Notes: generated by a model from the letters alone, not told the origin. A stretch of DNA of 64,000 nucleotides from Blepharisma stoltei ATCC 30299 (GCA_965603825.1 CBFDEM010000015.1:496001-560000); one strand, 5' to 3'; shown: positions 24,682 to 37,888, numbered from the stretch's first letter. Numbers and translations: made by a program.

Positions 24682-25323
24682 TTATGAAGTTTTATTGTCA
24701 AGTCCTATTTCAGTTTTCTTTATTTCAACTAAATTACTGAGTATTGATTCCCAGTGACGGAGCATTTTTAGTTTTGAACGTTTGTCACCAATTTCATTAA
24801 TTTTTGTGCAGATATTCAAGCTTCCTCCTAAATTTTGAATTAGAGTATCATTAATCGTAATGCTATCGGTTAAAGATACTTCGAGATTGTTTTTAATTGC
24901 ATCTTCTGGGCAAAGAGAATTTACTTGGTTGTGTATGATTTCTGATGATTTAGCTTTGTTTGTCCTAAGGGCTTCCTTAATTTCAGTCCTCTGGTCTGCA
25001 GTCATCATGCTTCTCAGCCTATAGAAATGGTTCTTTACGCTTGATGATGGTCTATGATTAAAATACAAAGAAATTTGATGTCACTTTGCTCCATAATTAG
25101 AATATAACTCTAATAGCAACTGATCCTCTTCTGCAGTTCATCTTGGCTTATCCTTTAACAGCATAGCTTCTTCCTTTTTTGGAGTCATTGATTGGACTTT
25201 AATCTCTTCATGGCCAATTTTTTTATTATTTCCAAAAGAGTTTTGATTATTTTGGATTTCTCCTTCAAAGCACGCCATTTCTCCAATGACTTGCTTGAAG
25301 GGATAAAAGCCAGATATCTCCAT
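24682..25323 (-). CDS. Myb/SANT-domain protein, 213 aa
   Basis: With TGA=W at 25138-25140 and 25081-25083: W-TAEEDQLLLELYSNYGAK-W-HQISLYFNHRPSSSVKNHFY, a Myb repeat whose two Trp residues are both TGA. Confidence 0.88.
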
Positions 25324-26214
25324 TTATCTGGATCAGAAAAGATTACTTTTAAAATGAATCGCATGGCTCAAGCTAATAATTTAAATGATATAAGTAACCA
25401 GTTAGTTTCTTGAGAAATAAAATTGGGAAAATTTATTAAAGAAAATATGCTAAATGGATCATTTTGTGAAAAATATGACAATTAACTAAAAGGTAAAATC
25501 TGTTTAAAATTTGTTATTTTATAAAAATAAGTATGAATTTTAAGCTTATTCCTGCTGCTTTATGATGAGAAAATAATTGAAAACTTATATAGCCTGGAAG
25601 ACCCCTTAGCTTCTAGAGGTATAATAATTCGATGGATAGTAGTTTATCATATCCATTAGATGTTTCATTTCTGATGTGATTCAAGTAATAAAGATATAAA
25701 AAGCAGTCTAAAAGATTGATTATTGAATAATAGTCCATTCCTACAAAAGTTATCCCTTTTTGGGCTTTAAGAGACTATATATTGAACATTATCCTTTAAA
25801 AATAATTTTTCATGAGGTATCAGCATCTTATAAGTGTTGGATTTTGCTAGATATGAAATGCTTTAGTATTTTTATTGTTTCGCTAATTAAATGAATCATC
25901 TACAATTACAGCTGTACAATTTAATAATAGGCCAAATTTTAAAAAAATATTTATTTGCCTTTTGCATTTTCTCTAATCTTGTTAAATATAAATATCATGC
26001 AAATGGTTCTAGAATAAATTCAGTTTGAAAAAATTAATTTTGTAATAATGCTTATTCAAACAATAAGCAATTAATACTAATATTTTTAAAGGGTTTTTGA
26101 TTTTATTTCTAGTTTATCTGCTCTTCATTATCCTTTTTTACTTTTCTTTTGAATTTAAGACTTATGAGACATTTTTCGTTTCAAATGATTAATAATTTAT
26201 ACATAAAATTAAAT

Positions 26215-27768
26215 ATGGGCTGCTGTGCTTCAAGAGAAGAGCCTAACTCAAAACAAAATTCCCAAAAAAACACTAAAAAGTCATCAATTAAGCTTAAAAG
26301 CAGAAACTCAACTCAAACTAACGCTTCAGCTTCTCAATCCAACCCTTCATTAGAAAAAAAGGGCACAGGGCTTACTCGTGCTAAATTTATTAAGACTAGT
26401 TCAGGCACTATTCGCAAAAATTTTACTGTTATTAAAAAGCTTCAAGCTGGAATATATGGTGATGTCAAACTTGCAGTTGACAATCGAAATAACTTGCAAC
26501 GAGAAATAAAAGAAATCAATAAATCACTTATAAACCCTGAAATGGAAGAAAAAGGTTGGGAAGAAGTATATAAACTTGTTGAACTTGTAAAATATATATA
26601 GGATCACCCAAATATAGGTAAAGTTGTAGAAATCCGCCAATCAAGCGACAAAATTTATTTTATTTTTGAGTATTTAAAGGGAGGGAATCTTTTTGATAGG
26701 ATTTTGCAAAATAGAATTAGTGAATATCATGCAAGTTGCTATATGCGTGACATTTTAACTTGTATGCAATATTTTCATAGCAAGGGAATTATTAATAGAA
26801 ATATAAGGCCAGAAAATATAGTCTTTGAATCTACTGAAGATGATTCTGTCTTAAAATTAATGAATTTTGAGCTGTCTCCTGGGATTTGCCAAGTTCCAAT
26901 ACAAACCGATTTTGTATTTATTACATAGCTTGACTACTTGGCTCCAGAAGTAAGGAAGGGAGACCATAACCAAACTGCAAGTGATATATGAAGCTTAGGA
27001 GTAGTTTTATATATAATTATGATAGGAAGGCCTCCTTTTACTGGACTATCAATCAATGAAATTACAAGAAGAATTAATGAAAATTTTCTTTTAACGTCAG
27101 AGCTTTTTTCATTATACTCAGAAGAGATAAAAGATTTATTAAGCAAAATGTTAAATATCAATTATAAGAATAGAATTACAGCAGTTGAGGCGCTTAATCA
27201 TCCTTGAATTGTCAACCGAGAAAATCTTAATAAATCAAGTGGAAACGAAGAAGTTTTAACTCGTATCGCCAGATTCCAAGTATAAAATATTTAGGCAAAA
27301 TCAATCATAAAAACATCAATTTTGACATTTATTATTTCACAGTTCACAGATATTGCTGGAGAAAAAGAATATATAAAAATCTTTAAATCCCTTGACACTA
27401 ATGATGATGGGGTCATAAATAAAGCTGAACTTATTGAAGGCTGCAAAATTTTGGCATTAGAAGATATTGCTGAGGTTGAAGAAATATTGAAAAATTGTGA
27501 TATAGATCAAAGTGGATGTATTGAGTATTCGGAATTTATTGTTGCTGCAACGAATTGAAACACTGCTGCACAAATAAGAAAATTAAGAAATGCTTTTGAA
27601 GTGTATGACACAAGTGGAGATGGGAAGCTAAGTTTCAATGAACTTAAAGAGGCGGTACCGGGGATTGAACACTCAGAATGAAGCAAATTTTTTGAGGAAG
27701 CTGATGTCAATAAAGATGGGATGATCAGTTTTGACGAGTTCAGAAAATTCCTGTTAAAAGATAATTAA
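26215..27768 (+). CDS. CDPK-like pseudokinase with EF-hands, 502 aa
   Basis: MGCCAS. 15-nt introns 26587-26601, 26914-26928, 27280-27294 give LDHPNI and YLAPE. DIW(TGA)SLG. HRD replaced by NRN and DFG by NFE. EF-hands DTNDDG, DIDQSG, DTSGDG, DVNKDG. Confidence 0.85.
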
Positions 27769-28465
27769 TATTTAAATAAAGTTAATTTTGCTAAATTTGC
27801 CAATTGAGATATTGCTGATTTAGCTATGATATTAAAAACACACTTGATAAATTTAGCTTATGCATATAAATTTATGGAAAAAGCCTATGGTTTGTAAATT
27901 AAGCTTTATCCACACTTCAAAATAAGCTTCGCTGTTCTTTTGCACTATCTTTTGACTAAATTTATTTGATTTTTGATGATTTAAGTTTTGCAAAGTGTAA
28001 AGTTATGCTTCAAAAATAACTAGAGCTCTAAGTAATCCTGCTCTATAGAATATCAATTAAGCTAAGCGCTGATTGAACAATTATAGATCCTAAATGTTTA
28101 AATTGTCCCCTCTCTTATAGATTACAAATAATGAATTATACTAAATCCTCCAAGCAGCGGGCTTTACACAGATTTTCTCATAGTTAATTCAATCTCTATG
28201 TTTTTCTGCAATATTATTTACTAATTCATTCAATTTTTTTTCCTTTCTCCTAAATCAATAGTCAATCTCATTTATATGAATACTAAACATTTTCAACAAA
28301 ACCCAATCACACTCAAAAGTGTAATTAAGCTTAAAAGCTTTATGTTTTATCTCTAAAACATTTATTTCTATATCTGAATTATATTTATATTATTTAATTC
28401 TGTATTTTTTATCTAAATTCTGATTATAATATAATAATATTTATTAAACACGATTAATTTTGCAT

Positions 28466-29950
28466 TTATATTGCAAATTTCCTTATTAAGATGTAGAAGT
28501 CTTCGAAGCTCAGCATTTCCTTGCCAAGCACTTCAGCGGCCAGACGGTAAAGTCTGTCAACTCTTTCGTCCTCTATATACATCGCAATATCTTCAGCGTT
28601 GATCAAACCATCACTGTCTGAGTCGATTCTATTAAAAGCATGATAAAGACAATGGACATCTGGAATCTCATGGACAAGATTTACAAACACATCATGAGTG
28701 ATGCTGTGATTTCTAGTAATGTCCATTCTTTTTACTATTATTTTGGCTTTTTCTTCAGGATCTTCTTGATTTTTTAGAAATCTGGCTAAACCTTCGTGGA
28801 ACTCATCAGTTCTGAGCTCTCCATTCCTGTTCGAGTCAAGATCCTTCCATAATTTTTCTATTATTGGGACATCAGGCAGCATATTTGCTGATGCCAATAT
28901 TTTTGATATAACATATTTAAGTTTGTTTCCAAGTAAACGCTTTTTTTCAAGCATTCTGTCTTCTTCTGGGTTAAGAACTGCATGGAGAATTTTTTGCAAA
29001 ATTAATGATTTTTGTGAGAAATTATAAGTATAAAGAACTGCAGAGTCAAGCAGCTCACTTGCACTTGGGCGATTATCTTTTTTAAGCATTCCTTTTATAA
29101 AGTGTCGAGTCTCTCCAGGCAGGTTTTTAAACTGAGAAGGTCTTAAAATATTTGCCTTCATAATGCTTTTGACTATTTCTCCATATGTTTCACCTTGAAA
29201 AGGCTGCGATCCGACTAGCATGGTATAAATTGTCACCCCAAGTGACCATACATCGCATTTTTCATTATATGACCCTGAAAAAATTTCAGGTGCTGTATAG
29301 TAAAGGTTTCCGCATTTTTCAGTTAAATTTCCATTAGCTAGTTTTACAGAACTTCCAAAGCCTATGATTTTTATCTGGGTTCTTTCTCTATCAGAAAACA
29401 TGATATTTTCAACCCATAGACCTCTATGGCAAATTCGAAGACTATGAATGTGTCTTATTGCGTCTAAAATTTGTGCAGTAAACATAATGCCTTTATTATC
29501 AGGCACACACCGAATTTGTCGTAACAGCTCAAAAACAGTATCACCTTTGCAAAATTCCATGACCAAGTGGATGTATCTCGGCTCCAGAAATACTTCAAAA
29601 ATTTTGATTATATTTGGATGATGCAGTTTTGAAAGTGCTGATATTTCATTTATGATGTTCGAAAATAAAAGGCCTTGCTTGCTTGGAAACATTATGTCAT
29701 TTCTGTCTCTTGTTAAGGTCGCGTCGCTTAAAGAATATGATTTTACTGCTCTTTTTGCATGGAGCTGTCTGTGGGTGAAGAGACGCACTTGAGAAAAGCG
29801 ATGAGGCTTATTTCCATCGATTCTTGGCCCTAACTCATAAAAGGTCTTGATATGGGTTTCCGACGTATAAAACTGGACGTATCCGTGAGTTATTGAGTTT
29901 TTAAGTTCTTGGTAGCGAGCTTGAATCAGCGACTGTGCTGGCGATTCCAT
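28466..29950 (-). CDS. CDPK-like pseudokinase with EF-hands, 494 aa
   Basis: RAVK, LHHPNII, APE, CDVWSLG retained; HRD replaced by HRG, DFG by GFG, Gly loop lost; EF-hands DSNRNG and DSDSDG. Confidence 0.85.
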   Translation of the reverse strand: MESPAQSLIQARYQELKNSITHGYVQFYTSETHIKTFYELGPRIDGNKPHRFSQVRLFTHRQLHAKRAVKSYSLSDATLTRDRNDIMFPSKQGLLFSNIINEISALSKLHHPNIIKIFEVFLEPRYIHLVMEFCKGDTVFELLRQIRCVPDNKGIMFTAQILDAIRHIHSLRICHRGLWVENIMFSDRERTQIKIIGFGSSVKLANGNLTEKCGNLYYTAPEIFSGSYNEKCDVWSLGVTIYTMLVGSQPFQGETYGEIVKSIMKANILRPSQFKNLPGETRHFIKGMLKKDNRPSASELLDSAVLYTYNFSQKSLILQKILHAVLNPEEDRMLEKKRLLGNKLKYVISKILASANMLPDVPIIEKLWKDLDSNRNGELRTDEFHEGLARFLKNQEDPEEKAKIIVKRMDITRNHSITHDVFVNLVHEIPDVHCLYHAFNRIDSDSDGLINAEDIAMYIEDERVDRLYRLAAEVLGKEMLSFEDFYILIRKFAI

Positions 29951-30259
29951 TTAACTTTTGGTCTTAAAGCAATATTATTACCTATATGGTTATTAAACCT
30001 TGCCTTTTTTAAATATTTTAGGTATAAAAACATATATGAAAGTGGGCTGATTTTTAATTAAAAGAAATAGTGGAGAGGAGTTTCAAAATTCTGTGTAAAA
30101 AAATCTGCAGAAGGATAATAAAAGTATAAGGAAATTACCAATAAGCCATGATTGTTAGGTTAGACTATATGAAATTAGGTGTCAAAATTACTGGACAGAT
30201 ATCGTAATTAATTTGAATGATAATTAGGTTTATTAGTCTTCAGGATCTCTATATGGCAG

Positions 30260-30661
30260 TTACTGTTCAGGAGCATAGAGGCAGCATTTTTTGTGTTTTT
30301 TACCAGATCCACAGGGGCATGGCTTGTTTCTTAATCTTTGATTTCGAACGATAAAAGATGGCTCAACGTAGTCTTCGGGCTTTGAAGTTGATTTTCTTTG
30401 GCCGGTTTGCTGATTTATTAAATCACTGGCTGAGGAAGTCCCAAGTATTTTTTTACATCCATCATTAAAAACACTATAAGCACTTACTCCTTTTCTTTCT
30501 CCTAAATTAAAGAAAATGAAAATTATCCCACTCAGAATGACGAATCTACATTAAATTTACAATTCTCCAATGCCTAAAATTGCAAATCCATAAATTGAGC
30601 TGAGTCAAATAATGATCCCAATAAATGTTTTATTGGCGATATATGAACTCAAACTATTCAT
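30260..30661 (-). CDS. SAYSD1: SAYSvFN-domain membrane protein (SAYSD1-like) with C-terminal SEC-C motif, 128 aa; absent from the ORF track
   Basis: ATG 30661, one TGA=W, 15-nt intron 30546-30560. Translation: hydrophobic hairpin ..FFNLGERKGVSAYSVFNDGCKKILGT..RNKPCPCGSGKKHKKCCLYAPEQ, TAA 30260-30262. Confidence 0.88.
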
Positions 30662-30869
30662 TGATTTTTTATTATATATAGCAAAAATATTAATTGTAAT
30701 TAAATAATCATTAGTTTATTGGGAGAACTTTGCATTGCTGTTTTCATATTTAAAATATCTATTTATTTAAAAGCTTTTCTTCATTACCAGAACATCAAAT
30801 GGATAACTAAAAATTAGAGGTATCTAAAAATTTAATTAATCTGTGTAACTTTCGAATAGTTATTTTTTT

Positions 30870-31430
30870 TTATGAGTTTAAAACAGTTCTGAGCCATTCT
30901 AGTCCTTCAAAAAGTCCTTCTCCTGTAATTCCAGATGTTGCTTGAATGAACCATTCTCTATCTTTAATTGAATGAAGATTTAGCTTATCTACAATTTCTG
31001 AAACCTTAATCGGATTGGGCAAGTCTTGCTTATTAGCTAAAACCAGCAAAGGGACTTTAATTAGTTCTTCACTACTCAAAACTTTAAAGAGCGCATCAGA
31101 TGCTTCCCCAAGCCTTTCTTTATCATATGAGTCAACAACAAAAATCAACCCTTCTGTGCCTTGATAATAATGCCTTCATAAGCTTTGGATTTCAGGTAAT
31201 CCTCCAACATCTCATATGCTAAAGTTAGTGTTTTTATATCTGACAGTTTCGAAATTAAACCCTATCGTTGGAATTGTTGATGCACACACACCCTCCTTAA
31301 GCCAATAAAGAGTTGTGGTTTTCCCACTTGCATCAAGCCCAACAATTAAGATGCGCTTTTCTATTGTTCCAAAAAAATATTGCCAGATTTTTTCAAAAAA
31401 TTCACAAATTTGTGAGATTATTGAGCCCAT
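30870..31430 (-). CDS. ARF: ARF-family small GTPase, 186 aa
   Basis: MG start, [18 protein letters not shown](TGA)DVGG, LW(TGA)[20 protein letters not shown]. Confidence 0.92.
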
Positions 31431-31504
31431 TTTACTTTTAATATAATAAATAGTATTTTTATCCTACGAAATTTATAATGTAATAAAATAATTTGATTTT
31501 ACTG

Positions 31505-32482
31505 TTAATTGAATGATTGGCGTTGTCTCATATTTCTCAACTCAGATGGAATATCATTGAAAAATGGATGAGAAAGTGCCTGCTGCGAAGTAATCCTATT
31601 TGATGGGATCATCTGGAGCATTGCTGTAAGCAGCTCAAAGCCATTATCATCAATTTTAGGCACTAAAGACCTCAAATCAATTCCTTGATATTTTGGAAAA
31701 CTTTTACGGAACTCTGGAAATCTACTGACTCCTGGCCAAGTATTTTCATTTGGAGTCCCAAAGACCATGAAAATTTTTTTTAATTGGTCGTTATTGGTAT
31801 TTCCAGCAAATAAAGGTTTTCCTCTCAGCATTTCAGCAAAAATGCACCCAACTGACCACATATCAATTGTTGTGGTGTATTTTTTGTTGCCCATCAAAAT
31901 ATCAGGTGGCCGATATCACAATGTGACTACATCTTGAGAATAAGTACTATAAGGAATCCCAAAAGTCCTTGCTAGCCCGAAATCTGCCAATTTTAATACT
32001 CCTTCGTTGTTTATTAAAATATTTTGTGGCTTAAGATCTCTATGCAGAATTTTATCGGCATGACAAGCAGCAAGTCCTTTTAAAAGTTGATACAAATATG
32101 ATTTAGCTTCAAAAAGGTCAAATCCCTGACCTAAATATGTATCAAGTATCATTTTTAAGTCGTGGTCAACATACTCAAAAACTAGGTAAAGTTTGTGATT
32201 ATCATGAATTACATCAAGCAGCCTTTATAATAATTACTTTACTATATTGGGATGAATTAAATCTTTCAAAAGGGAAATTTCACGAATTGTTGTGCTAGGT
32301 ATTCCTTCTTCACCATCTGATAGGCGGATTTTTTTCAAGGCAACGAATTGATCAGAATTAGTATCAATTGCCTTGTATACGCTGCTGTAGGTACCTTCTC
32401 CAATTTTTTCTAACTTTTCGTAATTATCTAGATGATTTCTGATACTCAGGCGCGGGTTGTTCTCGAATGTTAGCTTGCGCAT
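31505..32482 (-). CDS. CDK: Cyclin-dependent kinase (CDK1/2/5-like, PSTTIRE), 320 aa
   Basis: [20 protein letters not shown], 15-nt intron 32223-32237, [19 protein letters not shown](TGA 31916)-YRPP. Confidence 0.93.
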
Positions 32483-33939
32483 GATTATTAATAAGCAATA
32501 AGTAAAATTTTAATTAAAATTTTCATCTTTATTTAGAAGTAAGGAGACCAATAAATTGTGCATTCAGAAATATGAATTTATTAATAATTAATTTTTACTT
32601 TGTAACAAAAATAAATGTTTCTAATATTTTATATTTTGACTTATTATTCCGAGTAATAAAATAGTGCTTTGTTCATACTTTCTGATCAATAGAAATTTGC
32701 TTCTTCTACAGAATATATTTTAATTAGTTTTTACTACTAAACAATTTTGGGTTCTTATAAGCTTTATTTTGACGATTATTTTATTTATTTTTTTCGTTCA
32801 TCTTTAAGAGAAGATTATTTTGCTTAATCGCAAATTTAAATCTAAATTACCTAGATTTATTTTAATCTATTATTGACTATGAAAAGCAAATAATTAGATA
32901 TTGAAATCACTTTATTCAATTAAATATTACATGAGAGTCATCATAATTTATTGAAAATTTTTAAATTCTGCCAAAAGGGGTATCTTTTAATTTTTAATAA
33001 AAATAATTTTAACTTAATTTATAAAAATATAGATATTTACCATAATAAATTGCATGCTGATAGCTTACTAAATTAAATATATATCATATAGGAAATTTAT
33101 TTTTCAGAAAAGAGATTTGCTTGAGCTTTGCTGGGCCAAATTTTTATTAGATTAAATGAAAGTTTAAATCTGCTCAGCTTCCATTATAATTAAAAATCTA
33201 TGGCCTTATAAAGAGAGCTTGGAATTCGAAAATATAGTCCGATACCCTTAATAATTATTCTAAGCATGATTTTCCTGCAAAGCAAGCTTGAACGCTTGAG
33301 AAAAAGCAGAAGGCTATTTGATAAATAGAAAGATAATAAATAATAGGCAGATCACTTACGCATTAATATTAGGAAAATAGATTTAAATAGAGACTAAAAT
33401 TTACATTGATGACTTCAAACCTCATATAATGAAAAATTCACCAGCAAAAAGATTTTGCACAAAATTTGTTTTTCAATGCAAAAATTAATAATTTGAAATA
33501 AAATTAAAATCCTAGGAAAGCCTAAATTTGAAAAGCAGAAAATCACACATAATTGATCTCTACTTTAGTGACTTTATTTATAGGACAGAATAAGCATTTA
33601 TTTGAAGATCTTCTAATTCAATATATATAAATTAAGTATTTACCTAGAGCACTTTTGCTTTTTATTGATTATCTAAAAGTTTTCGCAATACATTTAATAG
33701 CCAACACCCGAAAATTATTTTTTTAGCACTTATCTCTAATTTAAAATCGAAAATGCCTCCTTCTCAATTTTCACCATAAGTATCTAAAAATTTTAAGCCT
33801 TTTTTATCAAAAATTAATTGCTTCATTTTTTCTTCCATAACAAATTCATAAAATTATAATTCTAATTTCCTTATTTAATTAGCCTCTCTTTTAACTATCT
33901 TCTCAAAATTTTCAATGGGATAAACGTAATCAATTTTTA

Positions 33940-36900
33940 ATGGCTGATTTTTGTAGACTAGACCAAGCGAGCTATATCAGTCGTTTCCTTATGCTCTGGA
34001 TATTTCCAACAATCAGAAAGCTCTCCAAAACTGACTGCTACTACGACAAGAACCTTGAAATCCTGCCCAAATCTTTGGAAACAGAAGAAAATTTTAAAAA
34101 ATTAAAAGGCACTTGGACACTCGAAGCATGTTCAAGAAATCCCAGTTTTATCCGTGCCCTTTTCAAAGCTTTTGGGTGGAGGTTTTTCACAGGGAGCATT
34201 CCTTTTATACTTACTCAATATTTAAGTATAACAATAGCAATTTTGATAAACCTTATTATCGGTTACTTTGAGGATGACTCAGAATCCCAGTGGAAGCCGA
34301 TTTTATATTCTCTCCTGCTTTTATTTGTTAGTTTACTTTATTTTATTCAGAATGAAAGAGGATATTTCGATTTCATGCTCGTTGGAGTCTCGATAGAGTC
34401 CTCTATATATGGTTTAGCCTACGAAAAAGTATTAAATATGCCATATAAATCTTTAAGTCAGCCTGAAATTTCTGGGCAAATTTTGAGCATAATATCTACA
34501 GATAACGAAGGATTCAGAATGATAAGCTTAGCAGCTCCTGTATGGACTGTTCCTATCTATCTGATAGGAGCTGCTGTTGCTTTATATATATATCTTGGAT
34601 GGCCTGGGCTTGTTGGATTATTTTTAATCATATGTACAGTGCCATTACAGATATTTTTATCAAAGAAAAATATAGGCTTAAGGAATAAAATAAGCCAATA
34701 TATTGACTCAAGGGTGAATTTAATAGGAAATATTTTAGATGGTATCAGAATAATCAAATTTTATACATGGGAAATTTCTTTTTCGAAGATTGTTGGAAAA
34801 TTGAGGGAGAGTGAAATTTCATTTTATTTTCAAAGTGCAGTGCTAAAGCTAATAATTAATGCCATATTAATAAGTGGGCAAGGATTGATAATAGTTGCAA
34901 CTTTTTGGATTTATGTAGAAACAGGCGGCGTGCTAAAGCTGAGCAATGTGTTTTGTGGCGTAAGTATATTGATGACTGCCCATTTTAGTGTTTCAGGAAT
35001 TTTTGCAAATGGATTATTATATTTTTCTAATTTATTCTCAACATCAAGAAGAATTGGGCAATTTTTACTTTCATCTTCAATCAATTTCCAACAGCTCAGT
35101 CCTGCAGACATAACAGGAGAACTTGAATTAATTGACGTCATCGCCTCTTGAAATAAAGTCCAACTAGAAGAAAAAGAATTAACGACATCTGGCTCCTTAC
35201 TGACTTGTCCAGAAACCCCTGCAATAGTACTAAGAGGCATCTCTTTTAAGGTCGCTAAAGGTGAGTTATGTGCCTTAATCGGGGCAATTGGGTCTGGAAA
35301 ATCAACAATAGCCAAAACAATTTTAGAAGAAACTTCTTTAATCAGCGGAGAAATAAAAATCAAAGGATCTATTGCCTATTTAGAGCAGCAGCCTTGAATT
35401 ATGTCAGGAACAATTAAAGAAAATATCATTATGGGGGATGGCTATGACCAAAATTACTATGAAGATGTGCTTAAGTGCTGCTGTCTAAAAGAAGATATCA
35501 GTGAAATGAAGCATGGAGATTATACTCAAGTAGGAGTAAAAGGCTGCAATTTAAGTGGAGGGCAAAGGGCAAGAATTGCATTAGCAAGAGCGGCGTATGC
35601 ACAAAGGGATATTTATTTACTTGATGATCCATTTAGCTCAGTTGACTCAAAAGTGGCTGAAATGTTGTTCAGCAACTGCGTTAATGGCCTTTTGAAAGAA
35701 AAAACAAGAATTTTAATTACAAATCAGCAAGAGTTTTTGCCAATGTGTGATAAAATAATATTCATTGAAGGAGGAAAAGTACATTTTCAAGGAAATTATG
35801 AAGAGTTTAAGGCTCAAGGATTTTCCTATATAAAGAATAACGCTGAAAAAGAAGAAATTAAAGAAATTAACCATGAAGAAAATGATAAAAATGAGCCCAG
35901 CTCAACAGAAAATGCTCCAGTTCAAGATTCTTGTGACGACGAAGTACACAAAGCTTCAGTAAAATTCAAAGTTTATTACATGTTTTTGAAATTCGGATTT
36001 AAATCAATAATTGTGATGCTTTTATTTGCATTAATGTGTATAGCGACACAGTCTCTTTATATAGGTATGTCATACTGAAACGCTTATTGAAGCTCCAGAA
36101 ATAGCTCAGAACAAAAAAACTGGCTATATCCAGTCGTTTTGGCAATAATTTCATTAACTGTACTTGTTACTACTTATATCAGAAACTTGTGCATGCTTAA
36201 AGCGTTTTATATATCAGCGAGGCAAATCCATAACAATTCTTTTTCAAGGACAGTTCTTGCCCATTCAAAGTTTTTAGACAAAAATTCTGAAGGAAAACTT
36301 CTCAACGTGTTTTCACGAGACACATATTCAATGGACAATAATTTGATCACAAATTTTACAGACTCAATCATGTATGTCCTTATCATTTTTTCCTATTTCA
36401 TAGCAATCATAATCGTTCTCCCTTATGACGCCATAATTATTTTTGCATATGGAATTTATGTATATTATCTTCACCGTCTAATAGCCCATAAAATACGAAT
36501 TCTTAAGCGAAAAGACCTTACCAGCCGCAACCCTGTTTATGGGCTTTTTTCTGAAACCATTGAAGGAATAGAAGCTATAAGATGCTATGGGATGAAGAAC
36601 ATTTTTAAAGAAAAACTGACCGAAAAAGCGTCAATTGCTGCACGAATTTCGTTTAATTTTATCACTTGTTTAAGATTCTACAATTTAGCATGCTCTTTGG
36701 GCATAAGTTTTGCACTGGGTATGAGCTCATTAATGATAGTACTTATTTTATCTAAAGACGATGCCACTTTAGCGAGTATGAGCTTAAGCTTCACAGCATC
36801 CATAATGTCTTATGTTCCGTTACTCATTAGAACTATGACAGAGACTGAAATCACTATGACTAATGTTGAAAGAGTTTCTAATTTTATTAATGTCCAGCCA

Positions 36901-37779
36901 GAAGGAGACACTACAAGCGAAAATTGGAAAATTAGAAAAGGGTCTGTGGAGTTTGCAGGCGTTGACATGCGATATGACGATAGCTTGGATTTTGTGCTGA
37001 AAAATGTAAATTTTCAAATCGAAGGGGGCAGCAAAGTAGGAATAGTAGGAAGAACTGGCTGTGGTAAAAGCACAATTTTTCAAGTTTTGTTTCGAATGTA
37101 TCCTATTAGCTCTGGAAATATTTTTATCGATGGCCAAGATATCTACACAATCGGTCTGCATAACCTCAGGAAGCAAATGTCAATAATTCCTCAAGTCCCA
37201 TTCATTTTTACCACAACTCTACGAAATAACATTGACGCTTTAAACCAATACACAGACGACGACATAAAAGAAGCACTAAAAGCAGTCAAGCTTTACGACC
37301 ATTTCCAAGCCCTCAATGGTCTTAATACTCACTTGTCTCCAGCATTATCTCTATCTACCGGAGAAAAGCAGCTTTTATGCTTAGCCAGAGCAATCATTAC
37401 AAAAAATAAAATATTAATCACCGATGAGGCCACAGCTTATGTAGACCAAGAGTCAGATAAATTTATTCAAGAAATTATAAGGGAAAAATTCAAATCGTCT
37501 ACAATTTTAGCCATTTCTCATAGGCTTGCAAATTTAAAGGATTATGATAAAATAATAGTGATGGATAAGGGCTCCGTTATAAAAATTGGGTCACCATCAG
37601 AAATTCTTACAAAGCAAAGCCCCACTGATCTGCTTTTCCCAACAAACAATAGGTTTAGTAATCAAAAGAAAAACTCGTCATTTAGCTTGTCAAGTCAGAT
37701 GAGCTATAAATCATCTTGCATAGCAAGAGAATTAAGTAGGAGCATTAGAAAATACCATACCATAAGAGACGCTATTTAA
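33940..37779 (+). CDS. ABCC/MRP-family ABC transporter (TMD-NBD-TMD-NBD), 1279 aa
   Basis: One frame with TGA=W at 35149, 35395 (QQPWI), 36076 and 36088. NBD1 GAIGSGKS, LSGGQRARIALARA, LLDD. NBD2 GRTGCGKS, LSTGEKQLLCLARA, DEATA. Confidence 0.93.
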
Positions 37780-37888
37780 TTTTAAAATCCCATTATTTTC
37801 TATCCATAATATAAATCGCTATTTACTATGCAAATAATCATGTTTATCTTAAATTTAACCCTTTTGAATCTACAAATATAATTATTAG

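Noticed and set aside
32483-33939. Long AT-rich gaps (also 3183-4274, 23890-24681, 25324-26214, 27769-28465) as IESs, MITEs or ncRNA genes
   Set aside because: No terminal inverted repeats, tRNA cloverleaf or convincing ORF were seen by eye, and no gene in the window is interrupted by an IES-like insert. Germline reads or Infernal would be needed to exclude these.
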